A DNA stretch of 64,000 nucleotides from assembly GCA_038251535.1 (NCBI GenBank), contig JBBSBF010000001.1, forward strand, positions 2,232-66,231, in the 5' to 3' direction. This document shows positions 30,317 through 39,830 of the stretch, piece by piece. The notes beneath the pieces are model-generated. The model did no database searches, was not told the DNA's origin, and saw nothing but the letters and a program-made list of their open reading frames with translations. The stretch is from Minisyncoccia bacterium (GTDB taxonomy: Bacteria; Patescibacteriota; Minisyncoccia; Phycocordibacterales; UBA9973). The translations under genes were made by a program, and so were the position numbers. Numbering within the stretch: the stretch's first letter is position 1; every line of letters begins with the position of its first letter.

Positions 30317-31390
30317 TTAACTTGCCATTTTTTTTTCTTCATCAAAGACAAGTTTTTTTAAATTTTCAAAACCTGGTGCAGTGCTTAATGCGCGGGGTTT
30401 TTTGCTGTACTGAAGAGATCTTAATACAATTGCCATTAGTACATTTGGAGCAATTCTTGTCGGGGTTTTTTCTGGTGAAGATATACTACCATTAAAAATC
30501 CGATTTGCTTCCTTTTGGAAATGCCATTCATCGAGACCAACCATATGTCCTTCTTCCAAAAGTCTTGGATCTCTCGGATTAAACTTCATGTTTTTTATAG
30601 ACATTTCTGTGATGGCTATATCCCGATAAACATAGGCAAGGTTAACAAAAGGGCGTTTAGAAGTTGAGATATACACGTTTCCCCGGGAATTTTGACAAAT
30701 AACCACATTAGCGGATACTCCCTGTGAAGTTTTTGCAATGGTTGTCATCTGTGGATCATCGGTTTGAATAAATGCAACTTTGATTTTAAAGTCTTTGTAT
30801 CGAATTTTTTCCACTATTGCATTCTTTCTGCAATAGTTTGCTGATTCATGGGAAAATTGATCTTGTGAAGCTATAAGCCATTGAAATGGCTCTATGGCAC
30901 GTTGAAGCATATATGTTTGCGCTTCATGACTTGTGCCATGATACAGTTGCCCCCTCCTTATGTGAGAAGAAAAACTCAAGAAATCATCTTCGCTTTTCCT
31001 GTCGCTTTTGACCAAGCCATTTAACATTTTTTCGATACCATTTCCTTTGAGTTTTAATGCTCGCGCAACTAATGTTGTTGAACACTCAAATTGTCGTATT
31101 TCTTCTGGAAGGTAGTGTTCGTCGTATGGGCTGTCCATAGTGCCAACAAATATTACTCCTTTGTCTTCCCATTGCTCCCAGTTCAATCCCTCGTAAATAG
31201 TAATACCTGCCGGTACAAAGAGGAATTTTTTTTGTTCGATCGCGTTAGTAATGCCGGGATGAATTTCATCACCATAAAAGCTCAATTCTGCATAACTCGC
31301 TGCCTCTTCGTCGTGGAAGTTTATGTGCGTACCAACAGTGTGGCACTCCTTGCCGGGCGTATAGCTCCGGAATTGAAAATTTTGATTCAT
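30317..31390 (-). CDS. AT-rich orphan, possible metal-dependent hydrolase
   Basis: THINFHDEE and YDEH motifs; TTGACT-N17-TATAAT upstream; terminator at 30283-30310. Confidence 0.65.
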   Translation of the reverse strand: MNQNFQFRSYTPGKECHTVGTHINFHDEEAASYAELSFYGDEIHPGITNAIEQKKFLFVPAGITIYEGLNWEQWEDKGVIFVGTMDSPYDEHYLPEEIRQFECSTTLVARALKLKGNGIEKMLNGLVKSDRKSEDDFLSFSSHIRRGQLYHGTSHEAQTYMLQRAIEPFQWLIASQDQFSHESANYCRKNAIVEKIRYKDFKIKVAFIQTDDPQMTTIAKTSQGVSANVVICQNSRGNVYISTSKRPFVNLAYVYRDIAITEMSIKNMKFNPRDPRLLEEGHMVGLDEWHFQKEANRIFNGSISSPEKTPTRIAPNVLMAIVLRSLQYSKKPRALSTAPGFENLKKLVFDEEKKMAS

Positions 31391-31505
31391 TTGTAAAGAA
31401 TTTATTTGGTTAAGAAATATTTTTACTTATTATAGCATATTGTAATCAAAAGTCAATGTATTGAGGATTGCCTAAAAATGACCTATCTGCTATAGTTTTG
31501 CCACT

Positions 31506-31664
31506 ATGTCACAAGATAACCTCATCAAATTGACCAATAAAGAAACAGGGGAAACCTATTGGAGTACTAAAAACCGCAAAAAGCTTGCCGGTATCAAAAT
31601 CGAGTCAAACAAGTATTCGAAAAAACTTCGCAAAGTTGTGAAGTTTAAAGAGTCAAAGAAATAA
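31506..31664 (+). CDS. rpmG: 50S ribosomal protein L33, cysteine-free form
   Basis: Translated by hand MSQDNLIKLTNKETGETYWSTKNRKK...KYSKKLRKVVKFKESKK. Confidence 0.9.
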   Translation: MSQDNLIKLTNKETGETYWSTKNRKKLAGIKIESNKYSKKLRKVVKFKESKK

Positions 31665-31705
31665 ATAGTAGATAAAATACCTTCCGATCGGAAGGTATTT
31701 TATTG

Positions 31706-31776
31706 CGGGCGATAAGGGAATCGAACCCCTACCAAAGGTTTTGGAGACCTTCGTTCTACCACTAAACTAATCGCCC
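31706..31776 (-). tRNA. tRNA-Trp(CCA)
   Basis: Acceptor GGGCGAT/ATCGCCC, anticodon arm AAGGT-CT-CCA-AA-ACCTT, GGTTCGATTCC. Confidence 0.96.
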
Positions 31777-31813
31777 AGAACTTTAATACTATATCAAAAT
31801 AGGCGCAATCGAG

Positions 31814-32686
31814 CTATTTCCCATATTTCTTAAACCACGTACGCTGACGTTTGGCATAGTTCCAGATTTCTTTTTCTAGTTTCTCAAGCATATCTGATTT
31901 GGAAAGTTTATCCTGAGCTGTGTCGAAGGGTTTATCCTGAGCTGTGTCGAAGGGTTTATTCTGTAAGTACTGCGCGATGTATCGGTACTCAAGTCCCAAC
32001 GCTTCGAGGCGTTTCCATGAGACTCCACTGTCATGAAGTCTCTGTACTTCGCGTACCATACCCGACTTCATTCGTTTGAACAGTCGATCGTGAATGCGTT
32101 GCTTCAACACGTCGTCAGGGAAGTCGAGGTAGTGCCACTCGACGACGTACTTTGAGATACGGGTGACTTTTGGTACAGAGCCGAGAGATTTGGCTATCTC
32201 GATTGCACGAATCAGTCTGACTTTGTTTTTGGTATCGATAGTTTCAAATCGTTTTGGATCGAGTACTCCGAGTTGTTGAGCCAGCTGCTCTGTCGAAAAC
32301 TTCTCAAGCTTTTTGCGTAGTGCAGTGTTTGGTTTAACGACCGGGAAATTTTGTCCGTATACGACGCTATCGATATAGAACCCAGTCCCGCCGCATATGA
32401 TCGGTACCTTGTTGCGCTTCAAGATATCTCTGATCGCCTTGTCGGCAAGCGTTTGGTACTGTGTTACTGAACATGTGCGTTTGGGACTTACGACGTCCAG
32501 GAGGTGATGCCGAACACCACGCATTTCTTTCTTTGTAATTTTTCCACTTCCAATATCGAGCCCACGGTAGACTTGGCGGGAATCAGCAGAAACAATCTCG
32601 CCACCAATTTGTTTTGCTCGCGTTACTGCATAGTCGGACTTACCAGTAGCAGTTGGACCGCAGATGACGATAATTTTTTCTTTCAT
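31814..32686 (-). CDS. miaA: tRNA dimethylallyltransferase
   Basis: GPTATGKS, SADSRQVY, GGTGFY, YAKRQRTWF; real start MKEKII lies just after tRNA-Leu. Confidence 0.95.
   Translation of the reverse strand: MKEKIIVICGPTATGKSDYAVTRAKQIGGEIVSADSRQVYRGLDIGSGKITKKEMRGVRHHLLDVVSPKRTCSVTQYQTLADKAIRDILKRNKVPIICGGTGFYIDSVVYGQNFPVVKPNTALRKKLEKFSTEQLAQQLGVLDPKRFETIDTKNKVRLIRAIEIAKSLGSVPKVTRISKYVVEWHYLDFPDDVLKQRIHDRLFKRMKSGMVREVQRLHDSGVSWKRLEALGLEYRYIAQYLQNKPFDTAQDKPFDTAQDKLSKSDMLEKLEKEIWNYAKRQRTWFKKYGK
31906..31953. repeat. Perfect 24-bp tandem repeat x2, in frame within miaA
   Basis: GTTTATCCTGAGCTGTGTCGAAGG twice, encoding KPFDTAQD twice. Confidence 0.95.
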
Positions 32687-32688
32687 TG

Positions 32689-32771
32689 TGCCGGAGAGAG
32701 GACTTGAACCTCCACACCCTTGCGAGTATTCGATTTTGAGTCGAACGCGTCTACCATTCCGCCACACCGGC
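32689..32771 (-). tRNA. tRNA-Leu(CAA)
   Basis: GCCGGTG...GGCGGAATGGTAGACGC, anticodon arm TTCGA-CT-CAA-AA-TCGAA, long variable arm, GGTTCAAGTCC. Confidence 0.96.
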
Positions 32772-33317
32772 AATGTACAAAATATACTGCGTATTTTGTA
32801 TCCCTTTCGGGACCATTGCCGGTGTGTCGGCCACATCATTCCATTCTGATATAAAGCAAAGCAGTTTGCTTTATATCCACACCTGCAATTTCCTTATTCT
32901 ACAGTGCATTTTGGGGATTGCAAGAAAGAGTTTTGGGGATACTTGACATATATTTTGTATAGTGTATACTATAGTTGAGTAAATAATAATTGTTCATCAA
33001 AAAAATCAAAAGTATGACACGACGGCAAAGGTTAAATTTAACAAAAAAAGTTGAATGTTTACAAAGCGCGGGCCGCTTGAAAGCCCAACTCATAGTAATC
33101 GCGTAAGCTGCCGGCCAGGTTAAAAGAATTGCCCATGCAAAAAAAGTATCAAACCGTGCGTGTAGAAGGCACGCAAATTAAATTACATTTTAGTAATACA
33201 TAGGATATTAATGCAGATGTGTCTGCAGCATGCACCCCGCATGCTATCACAATCCCTCCAATAGATTTTGGAGGGATTATTTTTTTTACCTATTTATTTT
33301 TATGCTATTATATCTCC

Positions 33318-34364
33318 ATGTCTGAACTCTATACCAACTCCATTTTCTTCATCGACACCGACAAGATATTGCCCAACCCATTTCAACCTCGTCGTGAGTT
33401 TGAAGAAGGCCCACTCAAAGATCTCGCAGAGTCTATCCGTCAGTACGGCGTGCTTCAGCCACTCGTCGTTTCTCGTATTGAAAAAGAAACGGGAGATGGG
33501 GGACTGATCACTGAGTACGAACTTATCGCCGGAGAGCGTCGACTTCGCGCATCTCGTCTTGCAGGACTTTCACAGGTACCTGCCATCATTCGAGTGGGAG
33601 ATGACTCCATGATGAAGCTCGAGATCGCCATCATAGAAAACTTGCAGCGAGAAGACCTCAACGCAGTTGAGCGTGCACGAGCGTTTGAACGTCTTGTCAG
33701 CGAGTTTAAGTTCACTCATACACAGATCGGTCAAAAGATGGGAAAAAGTCGTGAATATGTTTCCAACTCAATCCGTCTTTTGGCACTCCCGCAAGAGTTT
33801 CTCGACGCGCTCTCAGCTGGCAAAATCAACGAAGGTCATACTCGGCCGCTCATGATGCTCTCGACTCGCCCCGAAGAACAAATGACGTTATTCAAAGAAA
33901 TCATGATGCGCAAGATCAGCGTTCGCGAAGCAGAGCGTATCGCTCGCCGGATTGCCGTCGACAAAGTGCGCAAAAAAGAATTGCTTCCAAGTACTGAGCT
34001 CATGGAGATCGAACAAAAACTCCAAGAATCGTTGGGTACCCGTGTCCACATCGAACCGCGTGAAGTAGGAGGGAAAATCACGATTGATTATTTCTCTCCG
34101 GAAGATCTCGATACGATCATTTCTGTACTCGGTACGCACGAACATGCGCACAAAGGCCCACTCGAAACCCTCAAAAATCTTTTTATAAAAAAGGACGAAG
34201 AAACCACAACGCCAGTATCGGCTGAACTTGAGCCAGCTACACTTCTATCAGTCCAAGAAGCCAAAGAAGAAGTCGCACTCTTGGATGATCGAGACAAAGC
34301 AGAGGCAGTACAAGCCGAAGAAGACGTTGATGACCTCTACAATGTCAAAAACTTCAGTCTTTAG
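33318..34364 (+). CDS. parB: ParB/Spo0J partitioning protein
   Basis: PNPFQPRREF, GVLQP, IAGERRLRA, IIENLQREDLN, HTH. Confidence 0.94.
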   Translation: MSELYTNSIFFIDTDKILPNPFQPRREFEEGPLKDLAESIRQYGVLQPLVVSRIEKETGDGGLITEYELIAGERRLRASRLAGLSQVPAIIRVGDDSMMKLEIAIIENLQREDLNAVERARAFERLVSEFKFTHTQIGQKMGKSREYVSNSIRLLALPQEFLDALSAGKINEGHTRPLMMLSTRPEEQMTLFKEIMMRKISVREAERIARRIAVDKVRKKELLPSTELMEIEQKLQESLGTRVHIEPREVGGKITIDYFSPEDLDTIISVLGTHEHAHKGPLETLKNLFIKKDEETTTPVSAELEPATLLSVQEAKEEVALLDDRDKAEAVQAEEDVDDLYNVKNFSL

Positions 34365-34440
34365 GATATAAATTGACAACACTAGATTTTTGCGTATAGT
34401 AGATTTATAACACAACATTGTTCATTTTAAACGAATTGCT

Positions 34441-34848
34441 ATGAAAGTATTCATTTTCCTGATTCTTATGTTTGCATTTCTACAAGATAATGCGCAATAT
34501 AATCGACAGAATAGGCGAGGATATTTAAACAATACTAGACCTCGTAACTACCGTGTAAACAATACGTATTCTTACGGCCTGAGAAATAGTAATAACCTAT
34601 ACAGTAATGGATATTACAATCAATATCTGCCTGTAGTACGACCTGTGTATTCAGATAATAATTTATACAGTAACGGTTTTTATAATCAATACCCAAGGAT
34701 ATATCGAGCACCTCGCTGTATCGGATATCGATCCTATTATGGCCAGCGGAGAAATATATTTAACCAACTGGTTTCGATATTATTACGGGAACCTATTTAC
34801 GAAACAGTGCCGTACGAACAACCATATTATTTTACCAACGGTTATTAA
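34441..34848 (+). CDS. Secreted Asn/Tyr/Arg-rich orphan with internal repeat
   Basis: Signal-like N-terminus; NNLYSNG(Y/F)YNQY twice; TTGACA promoter at 34373. Confidence 0.65.
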   Translation: MKVFIFLILMFAFLQDNAQYNRQNRRGYLNNTRPRNYRVNNTYSYGLRNSNNLYSNGYYNQYLPVVRPVYSDNNLYSNGFYNQYPRIYRAPRCIGYRSYYGQRRNIFNQLVSILLREPIYETVPYEQPYYFTNGY

Positions 34849-34884
34849 ATAGTTACAAAGTAAGCACCTCTATGGGGTGCTTTT

Positions 34885-36351
34885 TTATTTTTTACTACTA
34901 AAAAATTTATCGATCAATCCTCCGTGTTCGGCTATATAACTACGAATCCTACGTTTTGCAAAGCTTGTCTTTGTGTACTCGAGCCATTTGCTCGATGGAT
35001 GAGTATGTTTACTCGTCTGGATTTCAACGATGTCCCCGTTGTGGAGCACTGTCTTTAGTGGAGCCATCTTGCTGTTGACCCGTGCAGACGAAACAGCATC
35101 TCCGATGTCAGAGTGTATGGCGTAGGCAAAGTCGATCGGGGTGGCTTCTTCGGGGAGATCGATGACGTCGCCTTTAGGGGTGAAGACAAAGATGCGCGCC
35201 TTGAACAGATCCATGTGGAGCTGTTGGAGGAACTTACTCGGACTTCCCGGGATATCACCGACATCTTTGAGACTATCGATCCACGCCAGATGGTTGTGAG
35301 TTGAAGGTACTTTCTTTTTTGAAGTATCTAGTTCTTTGTATACGAGATGCGACGTGATTCCCATCTCTGCTTCGTGATGCATGTCGATAGTTCTGATCTG
35401 TACTTCGATAATGCCGAGTTCGGTGACGACGGTTGTGTGAAGCGATTGATAGCCGTTTGGTTTGGACAGCGCGATGAAGTCCTTGATACGTTTTGGGATA
35501 GGTTTCCACAGCATATGGATGAGTCCGAGCACTTGGTAACAGTCGGTGACCGAGTTGGTAATGACGCGCAACGCGACAATGTCGTAGACGAGTTCAGTAT
35601 TCATATTGTACTTGATCAATTTTTTGTACGTTGAGTACGTTGCCTTTACTCTCGACAATATCTGACTAGAAATAGAAAATGTCGCAAGTGTTTCGGTAAT
35701 CTTTTTGTGTGCAAAGTCTGCAACTTTTTGTGCCTCTGGCACGATGTCTTCCATAATCTTTTTTGTTGCCACGTATTCCTTGGGGAATGCAAATGGAAAT
35801 GCAAAATCCTCAAGCATGTTTTTGAGCTTTTCCATACCGAGACGCCCTGCAAGTGCGGCGTGTACTTCGATGGTTTCAAGCGCGATACGTTTTTGTTTTT
35901 CGGGTGGGACGTGTTGGAGAGTAGAGACGTTGTGAAGACGATCGGCGAGTTTGATGATGAGCACGCGCAAGTCTTCGGCCATCGCCATGAAAAATTTGCG
36001 TAGGCTCTCGACGTGCCGTTCTGCGCCATGGTATTTGAGATGTCCGAGCTTCGTTACTCCTTTGACGAGGAAAAGTATGTCATCTCCAAATGCCTCACGC
36101 ATCTCTTCTTCGCTCGTATCCGTATCTTCGAGTACGTCGTGCAAAAGCGCACCGATGATAGTCTCAGTGTCCATGTTGAGTCGTGCGCAGTTTTCTGCGA
36201 CTGCAAGCGCGTGGGTGAAGTAGGGCTCGCCGCTATTTCTTTTCTGCGATGCATGTTTTTCTTTAGCAAACTCAAACGCTTTTTCAATGAGTGCCTTGTC
36301 AGCATCCGTCAGCGGATGAGTGATAAGCGAAAAAAGGGAATCGGGATTCAT
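34885..36351 (-). CDS. rel: RelA/SpoT homolog (HD, synthetase, TGS; no ACT region)
   Basis: RNSGEPYFTH, LLHDVLED, IKLADRLHN, KPNGYQSLHT, EVQIRT, TPIDFAYAIH. Confidence 0.92.
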   Translation of the reverse strand: MNPDSLFSLITHPLTDADKALIEKAFEFAKEKHASQKRNSGEPYFTHALAVAENCARLNMDTETIIGALLHDVLEDTDTSEEEMREAFGDDILFLVKGVTKLGHLKYHGAERHVESLRKFFMAMAEDLRVLIIKLADRLHNVSTLQHVPPEKQKRIALETIEVHAALAGRLGMEKLKNMLEDFAFPFAFPKEYVATKKIMEDIVPEAQKVADFAHKKITETLATFSISSQILSRVKATYSTYKKLIKYNMNTELVYDIVALRVITNSVTDCYQVLGLIHMLWKPIPKRIKDFIALSKPNGYQSLHTTVVTELGIIEVQIRTIDMHHEAEMGITSHLVYKELDTSKKKVPSTHNHLAWIDSLKDVGDIPGSPSKFLQQLHMDLFKARIFVFTPKGDVIDLPEEATPIDFAYAIHSDIGDAVSSARVNSKMAPLKTVLHNGDIVEIQTSKHTHPSSKWLEYTKTSFAKRRIRSYIAEHGGLIDKFFSSKK

Positions 36352-36436
36352 CTACTAATAATACCTTAATTTTTAGGGAAAGTATGAAATATTGACATCA
36401 GAAAAATAAAATGTAATATCAAAAAAAAATAGTATC

Positions 36437-36859
36437 ATGATAAATCAAATAAATGCAAAACAACTCTTTTTGCTTTGTGCATTAAGGCACAAGTCAGTTC
36501 GAGCAAAAAACCTTGAGGTGTATAGTTGGACTATACGTCATAGCCATGAACATATCGAAAGAGCTAATAAAGCACTTGAAGATAAATCGAGAACGTATAA
36601 AGAAGTAATGGCTACTATCAAAGAAGAAATAAAAGATAAATTTCCAGTTCATGAATCCCGCTTCAGAAATTTTATTGTTTACGATGGACAGATGGGATGC
36701 GATCTGACAGATCAGGATGAAGATATGGCTTGGTATTCAAACTGTAGCCATGGTTGGGATTATAGTGGCATGTTCGAAATTGAGCAGTCACTTTCAAGAA
36801 GAGAACAAGATTTCCTTTTTTCTTTTCTTGAAATAAGTAGACCAAAAGTATTTATTTAG
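36437..36859 (+). CDS. AT-rich orphan
   Basis: 140-aa ORF; TTGACA at 36392 with TAATAT downstream. Confidence 0.65.
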   Translation: MINQINAKQLFLLCALRHKSVRAKNLEVYSWTIRHSHEHIERANKALEDKSRTYKEVMATIKEEIKDKFPVHESRFRNFIVYDGQMGCDLTDQDEDMAWYSNCSHGWDYSGMFEIEQSLSRREQDFLFSFLEISRPKVFI

Positions 36860-36906
36860 CAAAATTCCAAAATAGGATTATTAGAATTTTTTCTGATAAT
36901 CTTTTT

Positions 36907-39192
36907 TTATTTCTTTTTCTGAAACCCTCTCGGTTTTTTTTCTTGCGCGAGGAGCTCGAGCGCTTGGTCGAGGGTGATCGTGTAGGGATCAAGCGGCTTT
37001 TTGATCGAGCGGAAGTTTCGTTCATGTCCGACGTATGGACCAAAGCGGCCGATGTTTGCGATGATGTCTTTGCCATCGCTCGGGTGTGTTCCGAGGATGC
37101 GAGGAAGTGCGAGGTAGTGGAGTGCCATGTCGAGCGTTACCGTACTTGGGTCGATCTCTTTGGGGATGCTTGCCATTTTTGGTTTCGCAATTTTTGCAAG
37201 TGCTGCTTTTTCTTCTTTTGCGGCGAGTTTTTGTTCAGGAGTTTTTTTTATGAGTTTTCCATTTTCGTCTCTCGCAGCTTTTGTTGCGACTTTTTTGGGT
37301 GCTCGGGTGCCGAGTTGTACATAGGGTCCGAAACGACCTACGAGGACAAATATTGGGAGTTTTGTCTCTGGGTCGATACCGACCGGCTCATCTTTTTTGA
37401 TTTCGGTGCCATCTATCGTGAGAGCGCCTTCGCAGTCAGGGTATCGATCACATGAGATGAACTTGCCACCACGGCCGAGTTTGACGATCATACTACTCCC
37501 ACAAACAGGGCATCTGAACTTTGGATCAGCGGCTTCGAGGATCGTTGCTTTATCAAGCTTGTCCTTTTCTTTGACTTCTTTTTGAAATGGACCATAAAAG
37601 TCTTTGAGTGTTTTTACATAATCACGTTCGCCGTTGGCGATCTCATCAAGTTCGTTTTCCATTTCGGCTGTAAAAGTGTCAGAAATATACTGCATAAAAT
37701 TTTGTTCGAGAAATGTCGATACGACCATGCCAGTATCGGTAGGTTTGAGAGAGCGACCGATCTTTTCTATGTAACCTCTCGTTTCAATCGTGCGAATGAT
37801 GGCTGCGTAGGTACTTGGTCTGCCGATGCCACGTGCTTCGAGTTCTTTCACCAAGCCTGCTTCAGAATATCTGTTAGGTGGCTGTGTTTGTTTTTCGGTA
37901 TCGAGTATGTCGACGAGGTCGAGCGACTCTTTTTCTTTGACCAACGGTAGTTCGACGTCTTCTCCGCGGGCATCGGGGTCTGCGATGAGCCATCCAGGGA
38001 ACAGCACTCTACTTCCCGTAGTAGTGAAGTCAGGGATACTCTCTGTACTCTCTACATTTGCGACCATGCGCGTTTTGAGTACTTTTGCATCAGCCATTTG
38101 TGAAGCCACGGTGCGTTCCCAGATGAGTGCGTAAAGTTTTTTCTGCTCTTCATTGTTTCCTGTAGAAAATTTCTCAACATGCGTTGGTCGGATCGCCTCA
38201 TGAGCTTCTTGGGCATTTTTTGCCTTTGTTTTGTAGGTACGTATTTCTAAGTATTCCTTGCCGTACTTTTTCTCAACTATTTTTGAGATAGCGGCGAGTG
38301 CGACAGCAGAAAGAGTGGTTGAGTCAGTACGCATATAACTGATATGTCCGGCTTCGTAGAGTTTCTGTGCGACCTGCATGGTGCGGCTCGGGGAGAAGCC
38401 AAGTCGCGAACTCGCTGCTTGCTGCAATGTCGAAGTAGTAAAGGGAGCACGAGGGCTTCTCTTTTGTTCACTTTCTTTTAGTTCTTTGACAAACCACGGC
38501 TCCTTTTTTCCGATAGCGATGATTCGATCAACTTCTTTTTTTGCTCGTGGTTCGTCGACGCAAGTCACTGTGATAGTAACACCTGTGGTTGTTTTGAAGT
38601 CTGCAGTTAGTACCCAGTATGTTTCAGGGATAAATGCATCAATCTCGCGTTCTCGTTCGACGAGTATGCGTAGTGCAGGGGATTGTACTCGGCCCGCAGA
38701 GAGTCCATATCGAACCTTTTTCCAGATGATACCAGAGAGATCATAGCCGACGAGACGATCAAGCACGCGGCGTGCCTCCTGGGCTTTTCTGAGATTGGTA
38801 TCGACACTACGCGGATGAGTAAGGGCGAGGGTTATGGCTTCTTTGGTGATTTCATTAAAGGTCACTCGAGAGATCGGGGACTTGACCTTTTTGTCTGCTT
38901 TCAAGAGCTCTTCGATATGCCATGCGATCGCCTCACCTTCGCGGTCCATATCAGTAGCGAGAATGATTTCGCCAGCTTTTTCTGCCAGTGAACGGAGTTC
39001 GTCGACTACTTTTTCTTTGCCTTTACTGATCTCATAGTGCGGCACAAAACCAGCATCGATATCAATGGCTTTTTTTTGGGACTTGGGCAAATCACGGATA
39101 TGTCCGACCGAAGCGCGCACGGTATATGCACCATCGAGATACTTCTCAATAGTTTTTGCTTTTGAAGGGGATTCGACGATCAATAATTTCAT
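36907..39192 (-). CDS. topA: DNA topoisomerase I
   Basis: LLIVESPSKAKTI, DREGEAI, SAGRVQS, ISYMRTDS, one zinc ribbon, GRFGPY repeats. Confidence 0.96.
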   Translation of the reverse strand: MKLLIVESPSKAKTIEKYLDGAYTVRASVGHIRDLPKSQKKAIDIDAGFVPHYEISKGKEKVVDELRSLAEKAGEIILATDMDREGEAIAWHIEELLKADKKVKSPISRVTFNEITKEAITLALTHPRSVDTNLRKAQEARRVLDRLVGYDLSGIIWKKVRYGLSAGRVQSPALRILVEREREIDAFIPETYWVLTADFKTTTGVTITVTCVDEPRAKKEVDRIIAIGKKEPWFVKELKESEQKRSPRAPFTTSTLQQAASSRLGFSPSRTMQVAQKLYEAGHISYMRTDSTTLSAVALAAISKIVEKKYGKEYLEIRTYKTKAKNAQEAHEAIRPTHVEKFSTGNNEEQKKLYALIWERTVASQMADAKVLKTRMVANVESTESIPDFTTTGSRVLFPGWLIADPDARGEDVELPLVKEKESLDLVDILDTEKQTQPPNRYSEAGLVKELEARGIGRPSTYAAIIRTIETRGYIEKIGRSLKPTDTGMVVSTFLEQNFMQYISDTFTAEMENELDEIANGERDYVKTLKDFYGPFQKEVKEKDKLDKATILEAADPKFRCPVCGSSMIVKLGRGGKFISCDRYPDCEGALTIDGTEIKKDEPVGIDPETKLPIFVLVGRFGPYVQLGTRAPKKVATKAARDENGKLIKKTPEQKLAAKEEKAALAKIAKPKMASIPKEIDPSTVTLDMALHYLALPRILGTHPSDGKDIIANIGRFGPYVGHERNFRSIKKPLDPYTITLDQALELLAQEKKPRGFQKKK

Positions 39193-39294
39193 ATAAGTAG
39201 TTGCAGTAGTACCACGTGGAGAATTATTTAGCAAATTAGAAACATTTTTCAAATAAAAAACCGCCATATAATTGAATTAATACGGCGGCTATTT

Positions 39295-39786
39295 TTATGC
39301 GGCTTTTAAAGCTCTTCTTGAGATTTCATATAAACTTTTCAGCAAAGCTCTTTGCCTAAAAGGGATTTGGTCATTATTTACATCTAACACAAAAATGATT
39401 ACATCATCTATATCTTTTAATATTTCTTTAAATAAAGAAATAGCAATTAGAAATTGTCTTTGTGATGGCTTAATTCGAATATTTTTTTCAAAAGCACGAT
39501 CTTCAAATTTGATTACATGCTTTTTGACTAGGGCTCGCTTGCCGATTTGAGCCTTTGCATCAAATATTTCTTTTAGTATACGTCTATTGTGAATGCAGTT
39601 TGATATTTCTTCATTATCAATTAAATGCAATTCTTCAATGGTTGTGACGCCCAGACGTAGTGCTAATCGTTTTATAGAACCACTTGATAAGTTCTTTAAA
39701 AAAAATAACGGAATTTGTGCATTGCATACAATTTTCTTAGGAGGATTACCTTTTGAGTATTTACTCCGAATTACAGATACGATCAT
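39295..39786 (-). CDS. AT-rich basic orphan between dprA and topA
   Basis: 163-aa ORF; terminator-like hairpin at ~39255-39290. Confidence 0.55.
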   Translation of the reverse strand: MIVSVIRSKYSKGNPPKKIVCNAQIPLFFLKNLSSGSIKRLALRLGVTTIEELHLIDNEEISNCIHNRRILKEIFDAKAQIGKRALVKKHVIKFEDRAFEKNIRIKPSQRQFLIAISLFKEILKDIDDVIIFVLDVNNDQIPFRQRALLKSLYEISRRALKAA

Positions 39787-39830
39787 AGTTAAAGATTTGG
39801 TTTGAAAGTACTCTACAACAAAAGTTTGAT

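Noticed and set aside
32687-32839. N-terminal extension of miaA in the ORF track
   Set aside because: It overlaps tRNA-Leu(CAA); MiaA similarity begins at MKEKII.
32840-33300. Replication origin or parS near parB
   Set aside because: No cluster of TTATCCACA boxes and no parS palindrome seen; the one perfect box I noticed is at ~14676 inside a gene end.
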